Assembly (NCBI GenBank): GCA_002718895.1
Contig: PBGD01000022.1
Location: 5,220 to 69,219 of the forward strand
Source of the DNA: Flavobacteriales bacterium
GTDB taxonomy: Bacteria; Bacteroidota; Bacteroidia; Flavobacteriales; TMED113
Reading direction: 5' to 3'
Length of the DNA stretch: 64,000 nt
Part shown: piece by piece, positions 1 to 10,116 of the stretch
Layout of the letters: every line of letters begins with the position of its first letter
Numbering within the stretch: position 1 is the stretch's first letter
The notes under the pieces: model-generated
Databases searched by the model: none
Told to the model about the DNA's origin: nothing
Seen by the model: the letters and a program-made list of their open reading frames with translations, nothing else
Position numbers and translations under genes: made by a program

Positions 1-1
1 T

Positions 2-1399
2 ATTATAGATCCGGACACTGGTTGTAATGCTATAGGGAATCTAAAGTACCATACTTATTATTATGGGCCGCAAGACAGAAGATTTAACAGCTTAAAGTTT
101 ACTGGAATTGAAACTGGAAGCTTAGATAAAACGGAAATAATTCTATCAAATCAACTGATAAAAGAGTCTAGACATAAATTAAAGTTATCTGATTTTTTTA
201 ATAACCCTGAAGCCCAAAATGATGAAACCACGAGAAAATATGAAAGAGTAGATATATATAGTGTAAATATAAATTTTAAAAAAAACAACTTCTATTTTGG
301 TTCAGAAACAGTGTATAATGAGGTAAAGTCTACTAGCAATATATTTGACCCAGAAGACAAGTGGTCAATAGGGGACACTAGATATCCACCTGGGGGATCA
401 AGTGTTTTTAGTCATGCTTTGTATATAAATAGTGTGTGGAGGTTTTCACATAAATTTCAATCTGAAATTGGTGGCCGCTATACATATTCACATATTAAAG
501 GTGCATTTCCAGACACATTAAAAAGACCATTTGCATATGTAGAAGGCTTAAACCTAAATGAACAAAGTAATATTTTGTCGGGAAATATTAAATTTGTTTA
601 CTATCCATCAGACAGCTGGAAAATAAGTTCTGTTACAGCAAGAGGATTTCATACACCAAACGTAGATGATATGTTAAAGGTCTTTGAAAAGGGGAATCGT
701 CTAGTAATTCCAAATGTGTATCTACAACCTGAATACTCTATTTCTCAAGAGCTATCTATATCTAAAGACATAGGGCAAAATATTGATATATATGGTGTGG
801 GGTTTTACACGAGGATAAAGAATGCTATGGTAATGGATTCAATAGGAATTGTGCAAGGAATATTTAATGGTGAGCCGCTAATTCAATATTCCTATTTATA
901 TGAAGACGAGATGAAGTTCTTATTTGCAAACCAAAACTCAACAAGCCCTACTGACATTTTTGGTGGAACCTTTGGTTTTAATGCCAATATTAAAAACTTT
1001 GTACTTAGTGGGGATATTAACTTTACTAAGGGTGTAAATCGCGGATCTGGCATGGGTCCAGTTGCACATATTCCACCCATATTTGGAAAGGTTGAATTAA
1101 TGAGAAAAATAAATAATTGGAAATTAAAATGTTTGTTTTTGTATGCAGGCTCAAAACCAGCAAGTGAATTTGATGAAGCCAATGTTGATAATCTTTATGA
1201 AACACCAAATGTAAGTGGGGTTTGGATGGGTTCGCCAAAATGGAACACAGTAAACCTTTCTGTAAACTATAAGCTAAGCGAGTCCTTTGAATTGCAAATT
1301 AATATAGACAATATATTAGATAGACATTATAAAACATTTAGTTCTGGGCTCAGTGCTCCTGGAAGAAATTTTATTTTTTCTACAACTATTTTGTTTTAG
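2..1399 (+). CDS. TonB-dependent outer-membrane receptor, C-terminal beta-barrel part (5' end outside the window)
   Basis: The frame is open from position 2, with no stop before the listed Met at 311. It shows an alternating beta-strand-like pattern rich in Tyr/Asn/Gly. The C-terminus ..GRNFIFSTTILF ends in the aromatic residue typical of TonB-dependent receptors. Confidence 0.75.
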   Translation: MIDPDTGCNAIGNLKYHTYYYGPQDRRFNSLKFTGIETGSLDKTEIILSNQLIKESRHKLKLSDFFNNPEAQNDETTRKYERVDIYSVNINFKKNNFYFGSETVYNEVKSTSNIFDPEDKWSIGDTRYPPGGSSVFSHALYINSVWRFSHKFQSEIGGRYTYSHIKGAFPDTLKRPFAYVEGLNLNEQSNILSGNIKFVYYPSDSWKISSVTARGFHTPNVDDMLKVFEKGNRLVIPNVYLQPEYSISQELSISKDIGQNIDIYGVGFYTRIKNAMVMDSIGIVQGIFNGEPLIQYSYLYEDEMKFLFANQNSTSPTDIFGGTFGFNANIKNFVLSGDINFTKGVNRGSGMGPVAHIPPIFGKVELMRKINNWKLKCLFLYAGSKPASEFDEANVDNLYETPNVSGVWMGSPKWNTVNLSVNYKLSESFELQINIDNILDRHYKTFSSGLSAPGRNFIFSTTILF

Positions 1400-2375
1400 A
1401 TTTATTCAAAGATGCCATCAAGGCTTCTAATTGTAGAAGTGGGATTTTTTTAGGTTCTCCTGGGGCATACAAGTAAGAGTAAATTAATGTTGGGGGGCTG
1501 TGATCTGCCAAAAAGTATGCTACAAAAACACCTCCCATAAAATCATTTTCCATTCTCCACAAAGATTGAATTTTTATTGCTTCAGACTTATCAAATAAAA
1601 ATGTGTCAATTGTAATTGGGGCGGACTTATCAACAGACATAAAAGAACCTTCAATAGGTCCTAAAATATGATTACTTATTTTAGAGTTGATCTTGTTTCT
1701 AAGTTCATTTATATTATCCAAGTTTATATCTTTGGAAAAATTAGTAAAAAAAATTCCTTGGCTAATACTGGGGGTTTCCCTTCTAATCCAAGTTGTATTT
1801 GAATCCTCATATGCATAAAAAAAACCGGATGGAAAAATAAAGTCCAAATTATGTTTGGTGCTTATTTGCTTATTTAAATTTGAAGAAGGATTTTTTTGGT
1901 GAGCTAAAATCATTCTTTCTATTTCAGTTAATTTTATTTTGTCTATCAGCGATTTTAATTTTTGAGTATTTGCGTTTAAATCTTGAGAAGATGAACAGTT
2001 TAAAAATAAAACTAGTTGATTGTTGGCAAACATGTTTGTTTTATATCCAATACTAAAACTATCAGCCTTACTTATAAGTAAGATATTTTGGTGACGCTTT
2101 AATATACCTGAAAATTTATCTGCATTCACTTCAATAATAGACAATGTGTTTTCTGGTTGTGGTGAGGGGCCAATATCTCTTTTTAAAATGAATTTAAGGT
2201 TGTCGTAAAAACTCTCTTCATAAAGATTTTGATCTTTAACGACGATTAACTCTAATGGGTCGCCAATTGCTTGAGGAAGATTTGTATTAGATTCACAATT
2301 ATTAAATAATAATATTATTACAATAATATTGAATGGGGCCAGTAAATAAATAAAATTTGTTGATAAGGTTCGCAT
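1386..2375 (-). CDS. Putative lipoprotein of unknown function (DUF4837-like)
   Basis: 329-aa ORF with an N-terminal hydrophobic segment followed by Cys (..ILLFNNCESN..). The family name is recalled from the conserved Bacteroidota neighbourhood of the LysM transglycosylase and gatA, not from a search. Confidence 0.45.
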   Translation of the reverse strand: MRTLSTNFIYLLAPFNIIVIILLFNNCESNTNLPQAIGDPLELIVVKDQNLYEESFYDNLKFILKRDIGPSPQPENTLSIIEVNADKFSGILKRHQNILLISKADSFSIGYKTNMFANNQLVLFLNCSSSQDLNANTQKLKSLIDKIKLTEIERMILAHQKNPSSNLNKQISTKHNLDFIFPSGFFYAYEDSNTTWIRRETPSISQGIFFTNFSKDINLDNINELRNKINSKISNHILGPIEGSFMSVDKSAPITIDTFLFDKSEAIKIQSLWRMENDFMGGVFVAYFLADHSPPTLIYSYLYAPGEPKKIPLLQLEALMASLNKSKTK

Positions 2376-2383
2376 CCTTTAAA

Positions 2384-3583
2384 TCATTTTATTGATTTAT
2401 AAATATATAGCCTATTTCCTTCTTTGATTTTAGTATTTTTTAAATCATTCCAAAGCATTATATCAGAAACACGACAATTATACTTTCTTGCAATTCTACC
2501 TAAATAGTCACCCCTCTTTACTTTATAAGATATTTTTTCAACATCCGTAAAAACTGGATATTCAAGCTTTTCTTTTTTTTCTTTTTGATCTAATAATACA
2601 TATATGCTATCCTCATTGGCTAAAAACCATCCCCATTTGTATTGTGGTAAAAAAATTGGAAACTGTTCATTTGCTAAGCTAGGTATTAGTTTTTCAGTAT
2701 ATACTGGGTTTAGCTCCTCAATTATTTTTGAGTCTATATTTAAAATTTCTGCTATATGCTGAATTTTGGCAGGTCTTCTTAAATATATAGAATCAACCTG
2801 AATGGTTTTAAAGTCAATTTTGGTACTTGGAGAAATACCATACTCACTGGCAAAATTCATAACATATACTGCAGCTATAAATGCAGGTATATAGTTTCTA
2901 GTTTCTCTGGGTAAAAAGGGACGTATTTCCCAATAATTCAACTTTCCACCTGATCTTCTTATAGATTTTGTAACATTTCCTCTACCAGCATTATATGAGG
3001 CTAGCGACAATTCCCAGTTTTCAAATATGCTAAATGATTTGATAAAATACTTACAGGCTGCATTTGTGGACTTATGAACATCTTTTCTTTCATCTAAATA
3101 AGAGTTTATTCTTAAGCCATACTCTTTTGCTGTATAATACATAAATTGCCAAATACCAGTAGCTCCAACTGGGGATTTAGCATTGGGGTTTAAAGATGAT
3201 TCAATAATTGGTAAATACTTAAGCTCTAATGGTAGAGAATGGCGGTCCAAAAACTGTTCAAATATGGGGAAATAGTAATCACTTAAAGCCAAAAGTTTAG
3301 AAACCTGCTCAGGGCGTTGAAACAAATAAAATTTAATGAGCTTTCCTACATATTGATTATAACGTAAATCTAGGGGAGTAAGTGCATTTAGAGAATCTAG
3401 TCTTCTAATGGTAACTTCTTCGATAAATAAATCGTTCCCCAAGCTCAAGGTGTCATTGTTTTGAAAAAATAAAGTGTCATATTTTAGCGCTATATCATCT
3501 TTGAATTGTGGTATTTTTTTTTCTATTTGCCCAAATAGACTAACCGAAATAAGTATTACTATAAAAAATGATTGATGTTTCAT
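2384..3583 (-). CDS. Lytic murein transglycosylase (SLT domain) with C-terminal LysM domain, MltD-like
   Basis: Signal peptide. SLT motifs ..IIESSLNPNAKSPVGATGIWQFM.. and ..SYNAGRGNV... C-terminal LysM-like YKVKRGDYLGRIARKYNCRVSDIMLWNDL. Confidence 0.85.
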   Translation of the reverse strand: MKHQSFFIVILISVSLFGQIEKKIPQFKDDIALKYDTLFFQNNDTLSLGNDLFIEEVTIRRLDSLNALTPLDLRYNQYVGKLIKFYLFQRPEQVSKLLALSDYYFPIFEQFLDRHSLPLELKYLPIIESSLNPNAKSPVGATGIWQFMYYTAKEYGLRINSYLDERKDVHKSTNAACKYFIKSFSIFENWELSLASYNAGRGNVTKSIRRSGGKLNYWEIRPFLPRETRNYIPAFIAAVYVMNFASEYGISPSTKIDFKTIQVDSIYLRRPAKIQHIAEILNIDSKIIEELNPVYTEKLIPSLANEQFPIFLPQYKWGWFLANEDSIYVLLDQKEKKEKLEYPVFTDVEKISYKVKRGDYLGRIARKYNCRVSDIMLWNDLKNTKIKEGNRLYIYKSIK

Positions 3584-3592
3584 AGATAAAAT

Positions 3593-5005
3593 TTATTCGG
3601 AATTTATTTTAGCAACAGTATTGAGCATTGATGTTTCATTAAAATAATCTCCTATAATTTGCGCAGATGCAAAAAAGCCATTTGATATATTTCCCAAGGG
3701 AAAGGAAAGGGCCGGATGTCCAGTTAGGTTTGCGCTGACTGTAAAAATGTCTTCATTGTACATTTGTGTAGCTGTAGAGTTTTTTTCACCAAGTTTAAAT
3801 GGTGGGTTGGGCGTAGTGGGTAAAAGAATAAAGTTGTTGTATTTTAAAATTTTTATAATCTCTTCTTGAATTAACCTTCTTATTTTTTGTGCTTTTGTAT
3901 AATAGGCATCGTAATATCCCGCACTTAACACATAGGTTCCAAGCATAATTCTTCTTTTCACCTCCTTACCAAAACCCTGACTTCTAGTATAGCTAATTAA
4001 GTCGTCAATGTTATTTTGTTTATTTTGATAACCGTATTTAATTCCGTCATATCTTGATAGATTAGAGGAAGCTTCTGCTGTAGTTAAAATATAATATGTT
4101 GGCACTAAATAGTCTAAAAGTGGGAGATTTACATACTTAATTAAATGACCTTTTGACTTGAGCTTTTCAATAAGTCTATTCATTTCGCTTTGAACTCTTG
4201 TGTTAATTCCGGGAAAATTAAGAGCCTCTTTAACAACAGCAAATGTAACTTGCTTTTCATCTGTACTTGTTGATTTGGTTAATTTTTCAGCTACACAAGT
4301 ACTATCAAAATCATCTTTTCCAGCAATTATTTCCATAACTGCTAAAATATCGTAAGTGGACTTTGCAATTGGGCCAATTTGGTCGAATGAAGATGCATAA
4401 GCAATCAATCCGTGTCTTGACACTAAACCATATGTAGGTTTAAGTCCAATTAAACCACAAAATGCAGAGGGCTGTCTAACCGACCCACCAGTATCTGTTC
4501 CTAAAGAAACTTGACAAAGATTAGCACTAACTGCTGCTGCAGAACCTCCTGAGGACCCGCCAGGCACATAATTTTTATTTATGGGGTTTCGTGTTGGACC
4601 ATATATAGAGGTTTCTGTACTTGAACCCATGGCAAACTCATCACAATTTAATCTTCCTATAATAATTGCATCAGCTTGGATTAATCTTTCAATAACAGTT
4701 GCTGAAAAGGTAGATGTGAAATTAGTTAAAATTTTTGATCCAGCAGATGACTTATGGTTTTTGTAGCATATATTGTCCTTAATCGCAATAACCATTCCCG
4801 CTAAGGGTCCTGCTGTTAAACTTTGAAATTTTTCATCAATTTCTATTGCTCTTTTTAGCGCTTCATCTTTATAGACATCAATAAAGGCATTTAAATCACA
4901 TTTTTTAGAAATATTTTCTAAGTAACCAAGTACTAGTTCTTTACAAGAAGTTTTTTTTTGTTTAAGATCCTCTTGAATTTCTAATAAAGAAACATAATTT
5001 TTCAA
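3593..5005 (-). CDS. gatA: Asp-tRNA(Asn)/Glu-tRNA(Gln) amidotransferase subunit A
   Basis: 470 aa. Amidase signature ..GGSSGGSAAAVSANL.. and GTDTGGSVRQPSAFCG. Full-length similarity to GatA. Confidence 0.95.
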   Translation of the reverse strand: MKNYVSLLEIQEDLKQKKTSCKELVLGYLENISKKCDLNAFIDVYKDEALKRAIEIDEKFQSLTAGPLAGMVIAIKDNICYKNHKSSAGSKILTNFTSTFSATVIERLIQADAIIIGRLNCDEFAMGSSTETSIYGPTRNPINKNYVPGGSSGGSAAAVSANLCQVSLGTDTGGSVRQPSAFCGLIGLKPTYGLVSRHGLIAYASSFDQIGPIAKSTYDILAVMEIIAGKDDFDSTCVAEKLTKSTSTDEKQVTFAVVKEALNFPGINTRVQSEMNRLIEKLKSKGHLIKYVNLPLLDYLVPTYYILTTAEASSNLSRYDGIKYGYQNKQNNIDDLISYTRSQGFGKEVKRRIMLGTYVLSAGYYDAYYTKAQKIRRLIQEEIIKILKYNNFILLPTTPNPPFKLGEKNSTATQMYNEDIFTVSANLTGHPALSFPLGNISNGFFASAQIIGDYFNETSMLNTVAKINSE

Positions 5006-5011
5006 AATTAA

Positions 5012-5236
5012 CTATGATTTAGAATCATTTTTTTTCTCTTTTTCGTGAGAAATTAAATCAGATGAATTGTCTTCTTTGGTTGCATTTTTAAACTCTTTTA
5101 TACCACCACCTAAGCCTCTCATTAATTCTGGTATTTTTCTACCACCAAATAGGAGGAGGATAGCCAAGCCCACAACCAGCCATTCTGTGCCTCCGGACAT
5201 TCCTAAAATTGCAAAAACTAGCATTACTGTATTCAT
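5012..5236 (-). CDS. tatA: Twin-arginine translocase subunit TatA/E
   Basis: 74 aa with one N-terminal TM helix followed by ..LLLFGGRKIPELMRGLGGGIKEFK.., the canonical TatA hinge and amphipathic helix. Confidence 0.85.
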   Translation of the reverse strand: MNTVMLVFAILGMSGGTEWLVVGLAILLLFGGRKIPELMRGLGGGIKEFKNATKEDNSSDLISHEKEKKNDSKS

Positions 5237-5275
5237 AATAAATTTTTATTTAGTATGTTAAATGTACAAAGATTT

Positions 5276-6445
5276 TTAATAGCTAGAAAGCCATTTTTTT
5301 GGATTTAGTTTTGTTCGTTCTTGCCAAATTTGGAAACCTAAGAGATTTCTGGTTTTATTAGCAGCATTATATAAAGATCCTATATTTTGTTTAGTGCTAA
5401 CTTTGTCTCCAATATCCACAAATACTTCATAGAGGTTTGAATATACTGTGAAATACTCGCCATGCCTTAAGATTATGACCTTCAGAGAGTTGGGTAAAAC
5501 AAGAACCTTTGACACCTCCCCCTCGAAGACAGATCGGACCCTGTTGCTAGATGTTGCAATTTCAATTCCATTGTTCATGATTTTTATGCCAGGCATTATT
5601 GGGTGTGGGCGTTCCCCAAAATTAACAGCTATGGTGCCCTCTTGGGTTGGCCATGGTAATAAGCTTTTGTTTTTAGCAAAGTTGTCCGAAATTAATTTTG
5701 ACTCAGGTGTTAAACTTTTATTTTTTATTTTTTCTCTTTCTAAAAGCTCAATAATTTCATTTTTTATTTTATTTGCTTCATTTTCTTTATTCGCTAGTGA
5801 GATTTTTAGTGAGTCTTCTTTTGTTTTGAGAAAATTTATAGTTGTTTTCTTTGTTTGCTTGTCTTTTTCTAATGATTTAATTTCTAATTCTTTGTCTTTT
5901 GCGAGATTTAATTGAATCTTTTTCTTTGCTTTTATTTTATTTTTCGTTGTTTTTTTTATTTCAATCAATTTTTTGATTTCTTCGAATTTTAACCTTCTGT
6001 TATTTTCAAGTTGATTATAGTAGTTAATTCTTTGTAGCAGCTGATTGAATGTGGCGGATGAGAAAAAAAATATAAGTGGACTATGAGTTTGATGCGCCAA
6101 ATAAGTTGTCTTAATTAGTTTAGAGTAGTTTTCTTGATTTTTTTTTAAATTATATGATGTTTTTGCAAGTTCTTTTTCTAATAAATTCTGTTCATTTTTG
6201 AAATAATTTATTTCTTTTTGAATAGATTTTAATAACTTTTCTTGAATATCAATCTTGTTATTTAGTAGGTTTAGTGATTCAATTGTCAATTTTTGATCAG
6301 ACTGATTTTCTTTTATACTTTTATTTATTGAGGCCGCTTCTTTTCTTAAGAGATCTTGTTGATTGAGTAGTTCATTGTGAGTTTGAGAGAATGAAAGTGA
6401 TAAAATCGTGAACAAAAAATAAATAAATAAATAAAGCTTTTTCAT
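5276..6445 (-). CDS. Coiled-coil murein hydrolase activator (EnvC-like) with degenerate LytM/M23 domain
   Basis: Signal peptide and a long K/E/L/N-rich coiled coil. The C-terminal LytM-like domain reads NGIEI and LGFQIW where an active M23 has HxxxD and HxH, so the metal ligands appear lost. Confidence 0.7.
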   Translation of the reverse strand: MKKLYLFIYFLFTILSLSFSQTHNELLNQQDLLRKEAASINKSIKENQSDQKLTIESLNLLNNKIDIQEKLLKSIQKEINYFKNEQNLLEKELAKTSYNLKKNQENYSKLIKTTYLAHQTHSPLIFFFSSATFNQLLQRINYYNQLENNRRLKFEEIKKLIEIKKTTKNKIKAKKKIQLNLAKDKELEIKSLEKDKQTKKTTINFLKTKEDSLKISLANKENEANKIKNEIIELLEREKIKNKSLTPESKLISDNFAKNKSLLPWPTQEGTIAVNFGERPHPIMPGIKIMNNGIEIATSSNRVRSVFEGEVSKVLVLPNSLKVIILRHGEYFTVYSNLYEVFVDIGDKVSTKQNIGSLYNAANKTRNLLGFQIWQERTKLNPKKWLSSY

Positions 6446-6981
6446 TTTATATTGTCAAAAATTTGAATTGATTCATAGTCAACATTTATATTGAAACCAT
6501 CATTCTTGTTATCATTAATTGATATGGTGTGTGGAAGAAAAAGATTTTTTTTGTTACTATTTTTAATTTCTTTGTAATTTTTAAATACACAATTATATCC
6601 TGCATGATTGAAAACAATTGAGTCTCTTGGCTTTTGTGAAATAAAAAACTTAGTTGCTCTTTTAGGATTAATTCTAGTGCCTGTCAAATCTAAGGAATCA
6701 ACTGTATTAGAATAATGATTATAAATCAATATTTTATTATCCTTGAAAATTGCTCTGCCCATTTCAATGCCTAAAAATGGATGGACAGACACAATTATGC
6801 TATCTCGATTTAATTTAACTTTGCTTTTAATTTTTATGAAACTTAATGATTCTAAATCCGAAGAAACTTTTGCAACTATTGAAGAAGATTTATTGTTTTT
6901 TATGATAGCGGTAGTGTTTTTTTTAAAATCCCCACAACCGAAAATTAGTGATAGCGAAAGAATATAACTCCACTTATTCAT
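6442..6981 (-). CDS. Small lipoprotein, DUF4292-like (LolA/LolB-like fold suspected)
   Basis: 179 aa with lipobox ..SLIFGCGDF... It overlaps the start and stop of both neighbours, which suggests an operon. The family assignment is recalled from the conserved TPR / DUF4292 / M23 arrangement in Bacteroidota. Confidence 0.45.
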   Translation of the reverse strand: MNKWSYILSLSLIFGCGDFKKNTTAIIKNNKSSSIVAKVSSDLESLSFIKIKSKVKLNRDSIIVSVHPFLGIEMGRAIFKDNKILIYNHYSNTVDSLDLTGTRINPKRATKFFISQKPRDSIVFNHAGYNCVFKNYKEIKNSNKKNLFLPHTISINDNKNDGFNINVDYESIQIFDNIK

Positions 6982-8674
6982 TTGCCTCTATTTTTTGTTT
7001 TAGCTTTTTATTATCAGGATCTAATTCTAGTGCTTTTCTCCATTGAACAAGTGCTTCAGATTTATTATTCATAGCATTTAAAATGTCTCCGTAGTGCTCA
7101 AATAAAGTTGAGCTTGATTGGTCTAATTCTAGTGCTTTTTTAATTTTAACTTCAGCACCCTCATAATCCCCAAGCTTAAACAATACCCATGAATATGTAT
7201 CTAAAAAGGAAGACCTAGGTGCATTTTTTGTTAATTCATGGCACTTTTCTGTCATCTTCTTTGCAAGCGAAAGCTTTTCTTCTCTCAATGACAAATAATA
7301 ACTGTAGTTATTCAATACAAAAACATTTTCTGGGTTAAGCTTAAGAGAAATATCGTAGGCTAAATCTGACTCAATATTATTTTTTAAATCATGATAGATA
7401 TCCCCAATTAATGCATAAAAATTTGACTTAAAGACTGGGTTGTCTACCACTAGCTCTGCGCCCCTTTTTAAACTTTTTAGCGACAACTCTAAGTTTTTAT
7501 TATTAAAGAGCGCCAGGCCCTTGTAATATAGAAGATTTGAGCTAAATGGATACTTTTCTATGGCAATATTTGCATAGTTAATTGCACTAGTGTAGTCATT
7601 TTTTAAAAAGTATATTTCTATTAGTTTTGTGTATACATACTCGTCTTTAACAAATGGGGAGTTTAATGATTTGTTGTAATGATGTATTGCCTTTTTATAT
7701 TTTTCCTCCTTTGTGTAGAGATCGCCTAAAATTAAATTAAAGAGCGGTTCGTCTGGATATACAATAATAGCTTTTTCAATGATTTTCTTAAATGATTCAT
7801 TTTCATTTTCATTATTTTCTTGCAATAATTTATAAAAAAGATCGCGTTTTTTTTCAAGACTAATTTTAGTGTTTTCAGTTATCATTAAAAGATATTTGTC
7901 TTGATTAACTTCATCATTTTTGTTTTTATAAATATGGTATAGGGCTAAAATTGACTCAGCACTATTGGGGTTAAGTAATAATAACTTCTCATAGGTTGAA
8001 ATTGCTTCGTTATAGTCACTTTTAAGCATATATAATTCAGCCAACTCACGTAAATATGTGGTGTTTCTTGGGGCTTTTTTAATTAGTGAATTTAGGATTT
8101 CCTCGGCAGATTTATAATCACCTGTAGCAGTGAAAATAGATTTTTTCTCTAATAAAAGTTCATTTGACAAGCCAAATTTAGCTTTTATTTTACCAATAAA
8201 TTTGTGAGCTTTTTTAAAATCTCCTTTTTCTTTTAAAACAAATAATTTCTGTAAGTAGTACATGTATTGATCCGGATTCATTTGAATTAGGTCATTATAT
8301 GCTTCTACTTGTTCATCTAATTTATTTTGGATAACATATAGATCAATTAATAAAAAATAATACCACTTTTTTTCCGGATCTAATCGAATGGCTTCTTTTG
8401 TGTAGTACTCAGCATTGTCCCACTCTTGTTCGGAAAAGTATATTTTGGCAATTTCATGATAGGCTGAAGACTCCTCGGGATTAATAGAAATACACTTTTC
8501 GTAAAACTTCAATGCATCGGCATGCTCTTCTAAAAATTTATATTTTTCTGCCAAAAAATATGCATTTAAGTAGTTTTTTTCAGACTTAGAAATTTTATCG
8601 TTGCTGTTTTGAGAGTATATAAAAATAGAGGGCAAAAATAAAGATGTGTATATTAGTATTTTCAATCTTTTCAT
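6974..8674 (-). CDS. Tetratricopeptide-repeat (TPR) protein, secreted or periplasmic
   Basis: Many 34-residue TPR-like units (..A..Y..AL.L.P.N..) run through the ORF. I place the start at Met MKRLKILIY (ATG at 8674), which removes the overlap with the upstream gene and gives a signal peptide. Confidence 0.8.
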   Translation of the reverse strand: MKRLKILIYTSLFLPSIFIYSQNSNDKISKSEKNYLNAYFLAEKYKFLEEHADALKFYEKCISINPEESSAYHEIAKIYFSEQEWDNAEYYTKEAIRLDPEKKWYYFLLIDLYVIQNKLDEQVEAYNDLIQMNPDQYMYYLQKLFVLKEKGDFKKAHKFIGKIKAKFGLSNELLLEKKSIFTATGDYKSAEEILNSLIKKAPRNTTYLRELAELYMLKSDYNEAISTYEKLLLLNPNSAESILALYHIYKNKNDEVNQDKYLLMITENTKISLEKKRDLFYKLLQENNENENESFKKIIEKAIIVYPDEPLFNLILGDLYTKEEKYKKAIHHYNKSLNSPFVKDEYVYTKLIEIYFLKNDYTSAINYANIAIEKYPFSSNLLYYKGLALFNNKNLELSLKSLKRGAELVVDNPVFKSNFYALIGDIYHDLKNNIESDLAYDISLKLNPENVFVLNNYSYYLSLREEKLSLAKKMTEKCHELTKNAPRSSFLDTYSWVLFKLGDYEGAEVKIKKALELDQSSSTLFEHYGDILNAMNNKSEALVQWRKALELDPDNKKLKQKIEANE

Positions 8675-8681
8675 TGTCAAA

Positions 8682-9668
8682 TTATTTAAACTTAGAATAA
8701 TCTCCAATATTAATAATATTAAGATTAGAGTCGTAATCCACATGGTTCCCTAAAATAGAGTTGTTAAATGAGGCTCCTGAAATATTGCAATTAGATTGGA
8801 TAATCGTATTTTTTATTTCTGAAGAGATAATCTTTGAGTTTGCACCAATACTAACATTGGGTCCAATTTTAGAGTCTATTATTTCAACCCCTTCTGCTAT
8901 ATAACATGGTTGAATAATTGTTGTATTGCTAAATATTGCGTGGGGTGGGTTTTCAGTTTGAAGTATTTTTTTGTGTGATTCTATAAGATTTTGGGGGGTG
9001 CCAAAATCATACCAGGAATCGATTTCAAAACTTGAAAAATGTGCTCCTTTAGTTTTCATCTTTTCTAATGCTGTAGTAATTTGATATTCTCCTTTATCCT
9101 TGATATTGTTTTCTAAAATTTCTTGGATCTCTTGACAAAGTGATTGTCCATTTGAAAAATAATAAATTCCAACAATAGCCAAATTAGACACATTTGTGGT
9201 GGGCTTTTCAATAAACTCAACAATTCTACCATGTTCATTCTTTTTAATCACCCCATAAGAACTAGGATCATCTACCTGCTTAACAAAAATGCAACCGTCT
9301 GTGTCAATTGGAAAATTAAAATTTGTTTCAAATAGAGTGTCAGCAAAAATAATTAGTACGGGGCCCCTAAGTTTTTCCTTAGCACAATAAATTGCATGAG
9401 CGGTGCCCAATGCTTCCTGTTGGTAATTAATAGTGCATTGGTAATTATGGGATTTACAAACTGCCTTTAATTGTTTTTCTGTTTTTAAATCTTGACTAGA
9501 AATTATAAATGAAACATGTTTGATTTCTTTGGAACAATTATTTTTGACTAGTTCAATTATTCGTTCAACAATTTTTTTTCCAGCGATTTCAATTAGTGGT
9601 TTTGGTGTAGTTAGTGTTTGCGGCCTTAGTCTTGTGCCCCTGCCCGCCATTGGAATAATTAAATTCAT
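8682..9668 (-). CDS. Sugar-phosphate nucleotidyltransferase with C-terminal left-handed beta-helix domain
   Basis: N-terminal MNLIIPMAGRGTRLRP..PKPLIEIAGK is the NTP-transferase G-rich loop. The C-terminus carries hexapeptide-like repeats (IG.N..I). Confidence 0.8.
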   Translation of the reverse strand: MNLIIPMAGRGTRLRPQTLTTPKPLIEIAGKKIVERIIELVKNNCSKEIKHVSFIISSQDLKTEKQLKAVCKSHNYQCTINYQQEALGTAHAIYCAKEKLRGPVLIIFADTLFETNFNFPIDTDGCIFVKQVDDPSSYGVIKKNEHGRIVEFIEKPTTNVSNLAIVGIYYFSNGQSLCQEIQEILENNIKDKGEYQITTALEKMKTKGAHFSSFEIDSWYDFGTPQNLIESHKKILQTENPPHAIFSNTTIIQPCYIAEGVEIIDSKIGPNVSIGANSKIISSEIKNTIIQSNCNISGASFNNSILGNHVDYDSNLNIINIGDYSKFK

Positions 9669-9673
9669 AGTTT

Positions 9674-10108
9674 TTATAATTTACCTGTACTCCCAAATCC
9701 GCCTGAACCTCTTTTTGTGTTAGATAATAAATCTTTTTCTTGCCAAATTATTTTTTCCACTTTAGCTAAAACTATTTGAGCAATTCTATCACCATTACTA
9801 ATTTTAAAAGCATTTTGAGAATGATTAATTAAAATAATTAAAAGTTCTCCCCTGTAATCAGAATCTATTGTGCCAGGTGAATTAAGAACTGTAATATTGT
9901 GCTTTAGAGCTAATCCGCTTCTAGGCCTAACTTGTATTTCTAGACCAGCTGGTATTTCAAAAAAAAGACCAGTAGGTATAGATCTAGATTGACCAGGTGA
10001 AATTGAAATAGGTTCAGACAAATATGCTTTTATATCCATCCCAGATGCTCCATCTGTTTTATATTCAGGAAAATTGTGGTTGGACTTGTTTATTATTCCA
10101 ATCTCCAT
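9674..10108 (-). CDS. dut: dUTP diphosphatase
   Basis: 144 aa with dUTPase motifs ..GASGMDI.., ..RPRSGLALK.., ..[11 protein letters not shown].. and C-terminal ..[10 protein letters not shown]. Confidence 0.95.
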   Translation of the reverse strand: MEIGIINKSNHNFPEYKTDGASGMDIKAYLSEPISISPGQSRSIPTGLFFEIPAGLEIQVRPRSGLALKHNITVLNSPGTIDSDYRGELLIILINHSQNAFKISNGDRIAQIVLAKVEKIIWQEKDLLSNTKRGSGGFGSTGKL

Positions 10109-10116
10109 AAGTTAAT

